Assembly (NCBI GenBank): GCA_963719495.1
Contig: CAVRCI010000013.1
Location: 64,001 to 128,000 of the forward strand
Origin: an uncultured Verrucomicrobiae bacterium
Lineage (GTDB): Bacteria > Verrucomicrobiota > Verrucomicrobiia > Chthoniobacterales > JAATET01
Length of the DNA: 64,000 bases
Reading direction: 5' to 3'
The translations under genes were made by a program, and so were the position numbers. The notes beneath the pieces were generated by a model. The model made no database searches. It was not told the DNA's origin and saw only the letters and a list, made by a program, of their open reading frames with translations. Positions 48,384-59,500 of the stretch are shown piece by piece. The first letter of the stretch is position 1. The number at the start of each line of letters is the position of its first letter.

Positions 48384-49430
48384 TTGAATAAGTTCGACCC
48401 CACCGAGCACCCGCACCGCCGCCACAACCCCCTCCGCGACGAATGGGTGCTCGTCTCCCCGCACCGCACCAAGCGGCCCTGGCAGGGCCAGCGGGAATCC
48501 GTCGCCGACGAGCGCCCGGCCCACGACCCGGCCTGCTACCTCTGCCCGGGCAATCCCCGCGCCGGCGGCGAGACCAACCCGGCCTACGACGCGACCTTCG
48601 TCTTCACGAACGACTTCGCCGCCCTCCTGCCCGACCCCGTCGCACTCGAAGGCGCCCCCCACGACCCGCTCTTCCAGACCACCCCGGTCAACGGCACCTC
48701 CCGCGTCATCTGCTTCCACCCGCGCCACGACCTCACCCTCCCGCAACTCACCGAAGCCGAGATCCGCACGGTCATCGACACGTGGATCGACCAGACCACC
48801 GACCTCGCCCGCACGCACGAGTGGGTCCAGGTTTTCGAAAACAAGGGCGCCGCCATGGGCTGCTCGAATCCCCACCCCCACGGCCAGATCTGGGCGAGCA
48901 ACTTCATCCCGAACGAACCCGCCACCGAGGACCGCACACAACGCGCCTACTTCGAGAAAAATGACAGCCCGCTCCTGCTCGACTACGCCCGGCGCGAGCT
49001 CGACAGCGGTGAGCGTGTCGTCGCCGCCTCCGCCGATTGGGTCGCCGTCGTGCCCTACTGGGCCGTCTGGCCATTCGAGACGATCCTGCTCCCGCTCGCC
49101 CCGACCCGCCGCCTTCCGGACCTTTCCGGTGCCCAACGCGCCACCCTCGCCACCACGCTCCGCGAGCTTCTCACCCGCTACGACAACCTCTTCGAGACCT
49201 CCTTCCCCTATTCGATGGGCTGGCACGGCGCGCCTTTCAACGACGCCTCCGCCGATCACTGGCAGCTCCACGCCCACTTCTACCCACCGCTGTTGCGATC
49301 CGCCACGGTCCGCAAATTCATGGTCGGCTACGAGATGCTCGCCGAGGCCCAGCGCGACCTCACCCCCGAGCAGGCCGCCGCCCGCCTCCGCGAAGTCTCG
49401 GCCGCCCACTACAAAACCACCGCAGGATGA
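48384..49430 (+). CDS. galT: Galactose-1-phosphate uridylyltransferase
   Basis: [38 protein letters not shown] and KFMVGYE. Confidence 0.97.
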   Translation: MNKFDPTEHPHRRHNPLRDEWVLVSPHRTKRPWQGQRESVADERPAHDPACYLCPGNPRAGGETNPAYDATFVFTNDFAALLPDPVALEGAPHDPLFQTTPVNGTSRVICFHPRHDLTLPQLTEAEIRTVIDTWIDQTTDLARTHEWVQVFENKGAAMGCSNPHPHGQIWASNFIPNEPATEDRTQRAYFEKNDSPLLLDYARRELDSGERVVAASADWVAVVPYWAVWPFETILLPLAPTRRLPDLSGAQRATLATTLRELLTRYDNLFETSFPYSMGWHGAPFNDASADHWQLHAHFYPPLLRSATVRKFMVGYEMLAEAQRDLTPEQAAARLREVSAAHYKTTAG

Positions 49431-50578
49431 TCGCTCCCACCACCCCGCTGGCCTCGCTGGAGGCGCTCGATTTTCGCGAATTGATCGACACCATCCCAGC
49501 CATGATCTGGGTGATGGACGCATCGGCCCGCGTCACCTTCGTCAGTCGACACTTTTCCGAGTTCTACGGACTTCCCGAGCACGAACTTCTCGGAACCAGA
49601 ATCCCGCCGGGAATTTTCTCCGACGACCTCGAGGCCAACCTCGCCACCTTCGAGCGCGCCTTCGGAGCCCGCGAGCCCTACCAACTTCGCTTCCGCATCC
49701 GCGACCAATCGGGAAGCTACCGGTGGATGGAAAGCCACGGCCGACCGCGCCATTCACCCGAAGGTGAATTCATCGGCTACGCCGGCACCCAGAAGGACAT
49801 CACCGAGCGGGTCACGACGGCCTCCGCTCTCGAATCCCAACACGACCAACTCGTCGCCGCCCTCGACGAAACGCTCGAGGCCAACCAGGCCAAGGACCGC
49901 TTCCTCGCCGTCCTCAGCCACGAACTCCGCACTCCCCTCACGCCCATTCTCTTCGCCACCGCCATCCTCCTCCGCCGCCCCGATCTGCCCGCCGATCTCC
50001 GCGAGAGCCTCCTGATGATCGAACGCAACGTCGAGCTCGAGTCCACCCTCATCGGTGACCTCCTCGACCTCACCCGCGTCAGCCGCGACGTCCTCGAAGT
50101 CGAGCGCACTCCGCTCGATCTCCACGACGTCCTTCACCAGGCTCTCGCCATCTGCCAACCCGACCTCGAGGGCGACCGCCACCCGATCTCGCTCCACCTG
50201 GAAGCCACTCGCGCCCGCGTGCTCGGAGACCCGGCCCGGCTGCAGCAGGTCTTCTGGAATTTGGTCAAAAACGCGGTCAAATTTTCTCCCGAAGGCGGCC
50301 CGATCACGATCCGCTCCCACCAAGAAACCGACGCGATCGTCGTGACCGTCACCGACACCGGAATCGGCATGGACGCCACGCTCCTACCCCGCGTCTTCAA
50401 CGCGTTCGAACGGGGCGCACCCCAATCGCCGCGGAAGTTCGGCGGGCTCGGCATCGGGCTCACCCTTTCCAAGGCGATCATCGACGCTCTCGGAGGCTCG
50501 CTCCGGGCCGCGAGCGACGGGGCCGACCGGGGCTCGGAATTCACCGTTTCGCTCCCCGTTGTCGCTGGACAGGGTTGA
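49427..50578 (+). CDS. PAS-domain sensor histidine kinase (HisKA)
   Basis: [28 protein letters not shown] and GGLGIGL boxes. Confidence 0.93.
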   Translation: MIAPTTPLASLEALDFRELIDTIPAMIWVMDASARVTFVSRHFSEFYGLPEHELLGTRIPPGIFSDDLEANLATFERAFGAREPYQLRFRIRDQSGSYRWMESHGRPRHSPEGEFIGYAGTQKDITERVTTASALESQHDQLVAALDETLEANQAKDRFLAVLSHELRTPLTPILFATAILLRRPDLPADLRESLLMIERNVELESTLIGDLLDLTRVSRDVLEVERTPLDLHDVLHQALAICQPDLEGDRHPISLHLEATRARVLGDPARLQQVFWNLVKNAVKFSPEGGPITIRSHQETDAIVVTVTDTGIGMDATLLPRVFNAFERGAPQSPRKFGGLGIGLTLSKAIIDALGGSLRAASDGADRGSEFTVSLPVVAGQG

Positions 50579-50610
50579 ACATCCGTTTTCTAATCAAATC
50601 CCGTTGCATC

Positions 50611-50976
50611 ATGAGAATCCTTCTGGTCGAAAATCACGGAGACACTTCGCATTACCTCGGTGCCTACCTCGAGTCCTGTGGCCACCAAGTCCTGATCGCC
50701 GAGACTCTTCGGGCCGCTCGTGAGGCCTTCGATTCCGACACTTTCGACCTGCTCGTCAGCGATATTTCGCTCCCCGACGGCACCGGCTGGGAGCTCATGG
50801 CCGATCGTTCCCCCGATTCGATCTACGCCGTGGCCATGAGCGGACTCGGCAACAAGGCGGACCGCCAGCGCTCGAAGGACGTTGGGTTCCGCCACCATCT
50901 CACGAAGCCATTCGTCCCGTCGGAATTCGACGCCATCATTCAGAAAGCGGAAAACGATCGTTCCATCGCCGCCTGA
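50611..50976 (+). CDS. Single-domain response regulator (receiver)
   Basis: [15 protein letters not shown] and LTKPF. Confidence 0.9.
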   Translation: MRILLVENHGDTSHYLGAYLESCGHQVLIAETLRAAREAFDSDTFDLLVSDISLPDGTGWELMADRSPDSIYAVAMSGLGNKADRQRSKDVGFRHHLTKPFVPSEFDAIIQKAENDRSIAA

Positions 50977-51031
50977 TCTCATCCGCCACGGCGAGACGAC
51001 CAGCCCCCCACCGGCCCGCGATTCAATGCCG

Positions 51032-51217
51032 ATGAATGACCTCAAACTCAAAGGCACCTGGAACGAAACCAAAGGCAAGCTCAAGCAACAATACGGACAG
51101 CTCACCGACGACGACCTCACCTTCGCCGAGGGTAAGGAAGATGAAATGATCGGACGTCTGCAGAAGAAACTTGGCAAATCCAAAGACGAGGTCCGCGCCA
51201 TGATCTCGGACACTTGA
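51032..51217 (+). CDS. CsbD family stress protein
   Basis: [23 protein letters not shown]...GRLQKKLG. Confidence 0.92.
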   Translation: MNDLKLKGTWNETKGKLKQQYGQLTDDDLTFAEGKEDEMIGRLQKKLGKSKDEVRAMISDT

Positions 51218-52290
51218 GCGAACCTCACCTCGAGACCCCGACGGCCTCGAATGAGCCGTCGGACCAAGGTTCCATGACGGCCTTTCATACTCCCGAGTCG
51301 CGCCTCGTCGTCGACTCGGTGTTTTTATCGGTGCTCCGCGACAGCCCTTGCGCCGTGGTGGAGACGGACCTCGAGGGCAACGTCCTCCTCTGGAACTCGC
51401 ACGCCGCGGAAATCTTCGGGATCCCGGCCGAGCGGGTCCTGGGACGTCGGCTGCCCATCCGCGCGTCGGACCGCGTCCAGGTCCCGACCGCCCCTGACCG
51501 CTCGCATCCAAACCCGCTCGTCAGCCCGGACCGGCGGGAATTCGAGACCGAGCTCCTCGATCTCGAAGGCCGTCCGATCGCCGTCAGCATCTGGCACGGT
51601 GTGCTCCGGTCCGCGGAAGGCGACGACGTCGGCCACGTGTCCATCGTCTCCGACCGCCGGGAACAGAATGCGCTTCAACAGGCTCTCCTGGAATCGGTCG
51701 AACTTGAATCCCGGCGGCTCGGCCGCGAACTCCACGACTCCCTCAGCCAACAACTCCTCGGCGCGGCGTTTGCCGCAAAGTCACTGGCCAACAAGGCAGA
51801 ACGGCAGGGTCTGGACCTCACCAGCGAGCTCGACGACCTCGCCGCGCTCATCAACGACGCCGTCCGCGAGACGCGTTTACTCTCCCAGGGCCTCAACCCC
51901 ATCGATCTCGATCCTTCCGGTCTCGAAAGCGCGCTCACCAACCTCGCGGAACGCCACTCCTCCCGGGTGAATTGCAATTTCGTGTGCCGGAAGACCGTTC
52001 TCATCTCCGACCGAATGACGGCCATGCACGTCTACCGCATCGCCCACGAGGCGGTGTCCGCTCTCGTCGAGCACGAGGATGTTTCAAACCTCGCGATCAA
52101 TCTTACCGAAAGCGGCGACCGCGTGTCCCTGCGAATCAGCCACGACGGAGTCTCCGGCTTCGACGCGGATGATTTTCCCGCTCAGAGCGCCATCCACTTT
52201 CGGGTCAACGCCCTGCGCGGCGATCTCGCGTTTCACAACGACGAGCTGGACGGCGGGCACTCGGTCGAGATTCAGTTCTCGAAATTCTAA
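51214..52290 (+). CDS. PAS + HisKA_3 sensor kinase with degenerate ATP-binding domain
   Basis: PAS and [10 protein letters not shown]-box present; N and G2 boxes divergent. Confidence 0.85.
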   Translation: MSEPHLETPTASNEPSDQGSMTAFHTPESRLVVDSVFLSVLRDSPCAVVETDLEGNVLLWNSHAAEIFGIPAERVLGRRLPIRASDRVQVPTAPDRSHPNPLVSPDRREFETELLDLEGRPIAVSIWHGVLRSAEGDDVGHVSIVSDRREQNALQQALLESVELESRRLGRELHDSLSQQLLGAAFAAKSLANKAERQGLDLTSELDDLAALINDAVRETRLLSQGLNPIDLDPSGLESALTNLAERHSSRVNCNFVCRKTVLISDRMTAMHVYRIAHEAVSALVEHEDVSNLAINLTESGDRVSLRISHDGVSGFDADDFPAQSAIHFRVNALRGDLAFHNDELDGGHSVEIQFSKF

Positions 52291-52292
52291 CG

Positions 52293-52988
52293 ATGCCGAC
52301 TCGCAAAGCCCCACCTTCGACCGCCCCATCGGCGGTCTTCCGACTCCTTCTCGTCGACGACCACCCGGTCTTCCGCCGCGGCATCGCGGGACTCATCTCG
52401 GACGAGCCCGACTTCGAGGTTGCCGCCGAGGCCAGCGACTCGGCCTCCGCCCTCGGTGCCATGCGGGATGCCGAGCCGGATCTCGCGCTGGTCGACGTGT
52501 CGCTCCCGGGTCACAACGGAATCGAACTCGTGAAGCTCATGCTCGCCGAGCGCCCCAAGCTCAAGATCCTCATGCTCTCGATGCACGACGAATCTCTCTA
52601 CGCCCTCCGCGCCCTCCGAGCCGGAGCCAAGGGCTACGTCATGAAAGCCGAGGCGATGACCAATGTCCTCAGCGCTCTCCGCAAAGTCGCCGCCGGAGAC
52701 ATCTTCGTGAGCGAAAAGGTGGCCAACCAACTCATCTTCAAAGCCATCGGCTCGGACGACGGCGGCTCCGGCTCACCGGTCGACATCCTCTCGGATCGCG
52801 AGCTGGAAGTCCTCGAGCTCCTCGGCCGCGGCTACCCCACCCGCGACATCGCCGAGCGCCTCCACCTCAGCGTGAAAACGATCGAAACCCACCGCGCCCA
52901 CATCAAGGAAAAGATGAACTTCAAGGACGCCAGCGAAATGATCCGCTTCGCCGTCGAATGGACCGCGCGGGAAGCCAACGGATCGTAG
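52293..52988 (+). CDS. NarL/LuxR family response regulator
   Basis: LVDDHPV, DVSLPG and LSDRELEV...IAERLHLSVKTIETHR. Confidence 0.95.
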   Translation: MPTRKAPPSTAPSAVFRLLLVDDHPVFRRGIAGLISDEPDFEVAAEASDSASALGAMRDAEPDLALVDVSLPGHNGIELVKLMLAERPKLKILMLSMHDESLYALRALRAGAKGYVMKAEAMTNVLSALRKVAAGDIFVSEKVANQLIFKAIGSDDGGSGSPVDILSDRELEVLELLGRGYPTRDIAERLHLSVKTIETHRAHIKEKMNFKDASEMIRFAVEWTAREANGS

Positions 52989-53010
52989 CGAAGCGGAGCC
53001 TCAGGCCCGG

Positions 53011-53228
53011 CCCGATCTTCCGAAGCGCGCCCGTTTTTCACACTGCCCAGAAGGACGAAAATCCACAAAAAAAAGGCGCATCGAGCTGCGATCTCGCAGC
53101 GCGCGTCCCTCTCCAAAACCTGTCATATTGAGCGAAGCGAAATATCTCTGGCTTCTCACCCCGATCTTCCGAAGCGGCCCCGTTTTTCACGCTGCCCAGG
53201 ATGACGAAAACCCACAAAAAAAGGCGCG
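53011..53228 (+). repeat. ~68-bp imperfect direct duplication separated by a REP half
   Basis: CCCGATCTTCCGAAGCG..CCCGTTTTTCAC.CTGCCCAG...GACGAAAA.CCACAAAAAAA.GGCGC at 53011 and 53160; TGTCAT-type REP at 53121. Confidence 0.85.
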
Positions 53229-53248
53229 CGTCCCGGGACGCGCGCCTT
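53216..53248 (-). terminator. Rho-independent terminator of the sigma factor gene
   Basis: AAGGCGCGCGTCCCGGGACGCGCGCCTT hairpin followed by a T run on the minus strand, 20 bp after the stop. Confidence 0.75.
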
Positions 53249-53267
53249 GAAAGAATCGTTCAGTTGA

Positions 53268-53870
53268 TCAGGTCACCTTCTGCCGCATCGGCGACACGAC
53301 CTGAGTCAACTTGCGCAGGCCCAATTCGATTCGCGTCTTCACGGTCCCCAACGGCGTCTCGGTTTTCGCCGCGATTTCGCGCTGACTCATGCTCCGGAAG
53401 AATGCCAGCTCCAGCGCCGTCCGCTGGGCTTCCGGCAGCGCATCCATCAACCCACCCAGATACTTGCGCAGATCGGAACGCTCGACCGCCGTCTCGGCGA
53501 GATCGATCTCGGTCTCGGTCTCCGTCGAAGCCTCGGTGTTGTCCTTGAAGCGGTCGGTTGCCCGGGTGTAGGCGCAGCGCTGCCGGATCCGGTCGATCGC
53601 CCGACGTTTGGCGACGGTCGTCAACCAACTGAGCGGCTTGCCCTTGCTCGGAGAATACGTATCCGCCCGGGCCCAGACTTGCATGAGCACCTCCTGCAGA
53701 ACGTCCTCGGTCTCCGCCGAATCGTTGAGCACTCGGTAGATTACCGAGGTCATGATGCCGCAGTGGCAGTCGTAAAGTTCCTGCAAGGCTCGCGAATCGC
53801 GATCTTTGATCCGGCGCATCAATTCGATGTCGGCTTCGGTGGTGTCGATGGTCTCGGTGGTCGTATTCAT
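53268..53870 (-). CDS. ECF-type sigma-70 factor
   Basis: EDVLQEV..QVW, SWLTTVAKRRAIDRIR and SQREIA...PLGTVKTRI. Confidence 0.93.
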   Translation of the reverse strand: MNTTTETIDTTEADIELMRRIKDRDSRALQELYDCHCGIMTSVIYRVLNDSAETEDVLQEVLMQVWARADTYSPSKGKPLSWLTTVAKRRAIDRIRQRCAYTRATDRFKDNTEASTETETEIDLAETAVERSDLRKYLGGLMDALPEAQRTALELAFFRSMSQREIAAKTETPLGTVKTRIELGLRKLTQVVSPMRQKVT

Positions 53871-54047
53871 GTTTTTGATCTTTCCGATGAGTTGACGTGC
53901 GATTCGTCGCACGGGTCAAAACCTAGGGATCGGCGGGACCGCGCGCCATCGGGTGCCCCCGTCCCTCCTGGCATCGGGGGATTCCCCGATGCCGATCAGC
54001 AACCCCCGGGCTTGACCTCCGACGACGCCCCGTGATCATGCCACCCA

Positions 54048-56354
54048 ATGCGGATGCGGATCGTCACGGACCTCACGCGCTTCCGACTTCCGTTCATCGG
54101 CCTGGCTCTCACCGCCGTCGCCGGAATTCTCCTCGGTCACTCGGCGGCACTGCCGCTGACCCCACTCGCGGTCGCATTTTTCGCGTGCTCGGCGGCGGCT
54201 TTCACCCACGCCGGACGAATGCTTCTGTGGCCGGCGGTCATTTTCGCCTTCGCGGTCCTGATCACGTTCGCGGGGCCGCTCTCGCCCGGGGAGCACCTCG
54301 CCGCCCGGCTCTCGCCCCGATGGCAGATCGCCACGGTCGATCTGCGCGTGACGACCGAACCGGCCGCAACCGACCGGGTCGGCGAATGGCGGTTCCGCGC
54401 CGACCTTGGATCCATCGATCTGCGCGACCAAAGCGTTCATCGCACGGTCCCGGTGGCGGTCCGTTGGCGGGGGCCGAAGCCGCGCTACGGCGACGAGTGG
54501 CGCGTCGCGGGCTCGCTCCGCAACCTGCCCGGCCCGCGCAATCCCGGGCAATTCGACATCCGCACCTGGCTGCGCACGTTCGGCATTTGCAGCGAGTTGC
54601 GCGTCGACCTCGCCGCCGGTGCGGGGCGCATCGACTCGACACCAAATCCGATCATCGCCTTCTCGTTCGCCGCCCGTCGCTGGATCGACCGCACGCTCTC
54701 GCGCGGGATCGAGGGCACACCGGAGGCGGCTGTCATCCGGGCGATGACCATCGGCGACACCTCCGACATCCCGCCGGTCGTCGAAGACGGGTTTCGCCAG
54801 ATCGGGGTCTTCCACCTTTTCTCCGTGAGCGGGCTGCACGTCGGCCTGATCAGCGTCATTCTCTGGGGTGGTCTGGCGATGACCCCGCTCGGCGGACGCC
54901 GGGCGGTCGCGGTGCTCATTCCCGCCATTTTTTTCTACGCGCTGATCACCGGCTGGAAGCCCGCCAGCGTGCGCGCCGCGCTCATGGTCGCGCTCGTCGC
55001 GGGCGGACTCCTCTTCGATCGGCGAGCCCTGCCGTTCAACAGCGTCGCGGCCGCCGCGTTTCTCATTCTCCTGCTGAACCCGCTCGAGCTCTTCAATCCC
55101 GGCTTCCAACTCTCGTTCGGCGTCGTCTTCGCCATTCTGGCGCTCGCCCTCCCGGCCCGGTCGCTCCTCGAGTCCATCGGGCAGCCCGATCCTTTCATTC
55201 CGAAGGAATTACTTTCGTGGACGCAGCGATTCACCGCGTCCGCGGGCCTCAACCTCGCCGCGCTCGGAGCGCTGTCGGTCGCGGCGTGGCTCGGCTCACT
55301 GCCGCTCTCGATCCACTACTTTCACCTCGTCTCGCTGGCCGCCATTCCGGCCAACGTCGCGGCGGTGCCGGTCGCGTTCGCGATGCTGGGATTGAGCCTG
55401 CTCACGATCGCCGTCGGCCTGGTCTCACCGTGGCTGGCGGTTGTCCTCAATAACACCAATTTCCTGCTCGCGAAGGTCCTGCTCGCCGCCATCCATTGGC
55501 TCGCGGGCCAGCCGGGCAGTCATTTTTACGTCGCCGCCCCGGAGCCACCCGGCACCCGCGCGACGCTCACCGTCCTCGATTGCGGCGACGGCGGTTCGAC
55601 CGTTTTTCGAACCGGCAGCCAGACCTGGCTCGTCGATGCCGGCACGGCCTTCGCGGGCGGGGCCATCGTCGGACCATTCCTGCAATCGCGCGGCGTCAAC
55701 CGGGTTTCGACCGCGGTGCTCACCCACGGAGACTCGGACCACCTCGCGGGATTCGCCGACGTCATCCCCCGGGTTCCCATCGACCGGGCGATCGACTCGC
55801 CTCTGCGCGACCGGTCTCCGACGCGCGCCGCAATCGTCCAACTGCTCCGCGCCCATTCAATCCCGGTCGAAACCGTGACCGAGGGCGACGCTTTCGACCT
55901 CGGGTCCGGCGCCAGCGTCGAAGTGCTGTATCCGCCGCCGGACTCGGACCGCCCGGTCGCCGACGACAAGAACGTCGTCCTTCGGCTCACCGTCGGGCGC
56001 TTCCGCGTGCTTCTGCTTTCGGACGCTGGCTGGGCGACCGAGCTCTGGCTGGTCGAAAATGCCGCCGATCAGCTCGCCTGCGACCTGCTCGTGAAGGGGC
56101 ATCATCGCTCGGGCTACTCCGGCAGCGGAGAATTTCTCCGCGCCGCTTCGCCCCAGGCCATCATCGTGAGCGAAACGAATTTCCCGCCAACCGAAGCCCC
56201 CTCCGCCGACTTTCTCGCCGTCGCCGCTCGTTTCGAGATTCCGGTCTTTCGCCAGAGCCGCACCGGTGCCTTGACCGTCCGCGTGACCGACGATGAATTC
56301 GTCGTGACGCCGTTTCTCGATCCCGAATCACCAAGCTCGTTCGTTCTGCCATGA
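54048..56354 (+). CDS. comEC: DNA uptake competence protein ComEC/Rec2
   Basis: RNPGQFD, HLFSVSGLHV, GFQLSF and C-terminal beta-lactamase-like domain (THGDSDH, GHH). Confidence 0.94.
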   Translation: MRMRIVTDLTRFRLPFIGLALTAVAGILLGHSAALPLTPLAVAFFACSAAAFTHAGRMLLWPAVIFAFAVLITFAGPLSPGEHLAARLSPRWQIATVDLRVTTEPAATDRVGEWRFRADLGSIDLRDQSVHRTVPVAVRWRGPKPRYGDEWRVAGSLRNLPGPRNPGQFDIRTWLRTFGICSELRVDLAAGAGRIDSTPNPIIAFSFAARRWIDRTLSRGIEGTPEAAVIRAMTIGDTSDIPPVVEDGFRQIGVFHLFSVSGLHVGLISVILWGGLAMTPLGGRRAVAVLIPAIFFYALITGWKPASVRAALMVALVAGGLLFDRRALPFNSVAAAAFLILLLNPLELFNPGFQLSFGVVFAILALALPARSLLESIGQPDPFIPKELLSWTQRFTASAGLNLAALGALSVAAWLGSLPLSIHYFHLVSLAAIPANVAAVPVAFAMLGLSLLTIAVGLVSPWLAVVLNNTNFLLAKVLLAAIHWLAGQPGSHFYVAAPEPPGTRATLTVLDCGDGGSTVFRTGSQTWLVDAGTAFAGGAIVGPFLQSRGVNRVSTAVLTHGDSDHLAGFADVIPRVPIDRAIDSPLRDRSPTRAAIVQLLRAHSIPVETVTEGDAFDLGSGASVEVLYPPPDSDRPVADDKNVVLRLTVGRFRVLLLSDAGWATELWLVENAADQLACDLLVKGHHRSGYSGSGEFLRAASPQAIIVSETNFPPTEAPSADFLAVAARFEIPVFRQSRTGALTVRVTDDEFVVTPFLDPESPSSFVLP

Positions 56355-56528
56355 CGGCAGAGCCCCCACGCACTCGTCCCAGCCGACGGGTTGGCAGTCG
56401 CCTCCGCTCCCCTCGCGACGGCGCTCACGAGTGTGCTGCTCCCCGCTCCGCCTCCGCCAACCGCGCTTCTGCCGGAACGAGATGCGGTCGGGTTTGCAAG
56501 CTCGAGCGGAACGCAGAGTCCACCAATC

Positions 56529-59500
56529 TCAACTCGCCTCGGGCTCGAAGCTGATCTCCGGAGCCCCCAGCAGCCCGGCCGGCCACAGCACCCACGCCTC
56601 GGAAAACGACGCCCCCTCGCTCACCCAATTCTCCGGCCCATACCAATCGACGTGCCGCGGGAGCTGGTGCAATGGCCCAAACGTATTCCGCCGCGTGAGA
56701 ATCACCCCCAGCTCCAGCGGCCCCTCGCCGTCCAGTAGCTCCGCGATCTCCGTCTCGCGCGGTTCGAAAGCAATCAGCTCCACCTCGCGGCCACCCCGGC
56801 TCACCGTCACGCACGCGGCCTCGCACTCCGGCAACCGCAGCCGTGCCCGACCCGCCGCCCCGGCCAGCGCGTCGTTGGGAATCTCGTAAACAATCTTGCC
56901 GCCATAAAACGGCAGCCCCTGCGTCGTCACGCACCCCGCCGCCAGCTTCTCCGGCAACCGAGTCACGATCTGCCGCAATCCATCGAGCCGCACCCCGAAG
57001 TCGCCGACGAGGTAGACGGCCTCCAGATCCGTCCCGACGTGAAAGTCGACCTCCAGCTCGATCCGATTCACCCCTTCACGAAGACAGCCCGCCGGGACCA
57101 GCAGCCGCTCCAAGCACTTGTCGATCCACCAACCATCGGTCGACGCGGCATCGAGGCATTCGCCATTCACGCGAATCGCCGCGTGTTGCCCGGGCGCCTC
57201 CAGCACCAATACGACCCCGCCCGGCGGCAACACCTCGATCTCGAATTCAAACCGCAACCCCACCCGCGCCAAAATCGGCCGCGCCTCGTCCCGGCTGAAC
57301 CAAGGCTGCGGCATCCGACCGCCCCTCGGCCGCGCCCCAACACTCTTGCGGATCGCTCGATCGACTTTGAGAATTTCCGCCGCCCCCCGCCACTCACCCC
57401 CGTCCGTCCGATGGGCGGCGCGGTCCAGCACGCAAACGTTCGGCTCCGCGAGCCGATACGCGAAGGCCCCCTCGATCGCGCGAACCGTCTCTCCACCCCC
57501 CGCCGTCTCGACCGCCAACGCCGCCGCCACGCCACCATCATCCTCGCCACCAATCCGATAAAGGTGCTCCTGCGAAGGCCCAAAGTCCGCCCGCAGCTCC
57601 AGCCAATCCCCGACTTGGTCCGCCGCCACCCGCCGACGCTCCCCCGTGCGCGCGTTCCATTCCTCGACAATCCCCGCCCCCCGCAAACGCACGAGCACAT
57701 CCCGCTTCGTCCCCACCCGCTCCACCCTCAGCAGCATCACGAACCGCCCCTGATCCGTCTCCCGCGCGTGCGCGTAGATCGTCGGAATCCGGTAGCCGTG
57801 TTCGCAATCGATCGCCTCGGCGAAAGTCGCCACCTTCCCGCGACAAGCCCGCGTCAGTGAGTTCTGATAAAACGGCACCGGCCCCCGCGCTTCGTAAAAC
57901 GCCCGCCCGCGATCCGACGGCACCGCGTCCACGTATTCCGGCGCGTCCCCCGAGACGATCACCGCCCCGCCCGCCGCCACGAATTCCTCCAGCAGATCGA
58001 GCGTCGCCGCCCGCACCGTCGCCAATCCCGCCACCAACACCGCCCGGTAGCGCCCCTTCCCCACCACGAGCACCGGCGAGCCACCCTCCATTTCCACCCG
58101 CCCCATCCGCTCGAGAAAATCCTCGTCGCCGTAGTCGAAGTCCATCTGCGCCCCCGCCAACCAATGAAAGACGTCCTCGTATTGCCGCTCGAGTTCCTGA
58201 ATCGGAGCCGTCGACGCCGTCAGATTGTTCACCCACCCGTGGTGAATCTGCGCCCAAACCGACTCGACCGGACTCACCACCAGCAATTCGCAAACCGGCG
58301 CGCCCATCTGCAGCACCACGTGAATGCGGCTGAAGTAATCCTCCACGCGCCCGTAGTGCGGATACCAGGCCGACTGGTGCAGAATGCTCCCCGGGTAATC
58401 CCGCTTCGACTCCCCCGCCATCGAATACCACGAAAGGTGCGGGCACCGGACGTTCACCCCCATCAGCGCCTGCCAATCCCCCACCGCCTTGTGCCCCTGA
58501 AACGTCAACTGCCATCCCGTGCAGCCGTAAAGCTCCGACAACACCCAGTCGCGATCCAACTGCCGCGCCGCCGACTGACACTGCTTCGCCAGCCAGAATT
58601 TCCGGTTGTCCTCCGTCAGCACGTCGATCCCCGGCCATTCGAAATGTTCGTAGGTCCGGATCATCGACCCATTCGGCACCGCCTGGCACACCAGACTGTC
58701 CTCGTGCAGCGCGTGGCCCGTGAGCACCAGATCGTGAGCCCGGCACCACTCCCGCATCGGCGCCATGAAGTTCTCCAGGAACATCCGCTGGAGCAGCTCC
58801 ATGTAATGCCACTTCACCTGCGAAACCGGACTCCCGAACGGCTTGAGAAAAATCTCCGGCAGCCGCGCGACGAGATCATAACCAAACTGCCGCTCGAATT
58901 CCCCCGCCAGATTCTCGGTCCACGGGATCACCCACGACGAATGGTGATGGTCCGCAAAACTGCTGAGCACCATCCCGCGATGCGGCTCATCCGTGAACAT
59001 CCCCTTGATCGACCGCCCCAGCCGCCCGCCGCATTTTTCCCGATAACGCTCGTGCGTGACCTCGAGAAATTTCCGCGTCGCCGCCGGGTCCAGCGTATTG
59101 AGATACGACGCCCCGTTGTAAAACGAATCCTCGTCCATCACCTCCACCGCGAACGCCACCACCTGCTTCCCGGCCTCGAGTCCCCCGGCATCCGCCTGGA
59201 AGATCCGCCGACCTTCGTGAAAATGAAATCCCTCGCCGTGATAAGCGTCCATCTCGCCCAGAAACGCCGCGACGAACTCCGACCGCCACCGAAAGTCCTC
59301 CGACGCGATGCGCTCCAACCGCAGGTAACGCATCCGGTATCGCGGATCGCGCGTCGCGATCCCCCCCGCCGACCCGCTCGGCCACCGATCCTCGTCGTAG
59401 AGCCATGCCTCCATCCCCCGCCGCTCCGCCTCGTCCGCGCACGCATTCACCAACTCGAACCACTCGTCCCCGAGATACTCCGTCACCAACCCCGTCCGCG

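Noticed and set aside
47694..49523. Apparent long N-terminal extensions of upp and galT (also pyrD, allB, uraH, sulfotransferase)
   Set aside because: Artefacts of longest-ORF calling; the conserved N-termini begin at the downstream starts given.
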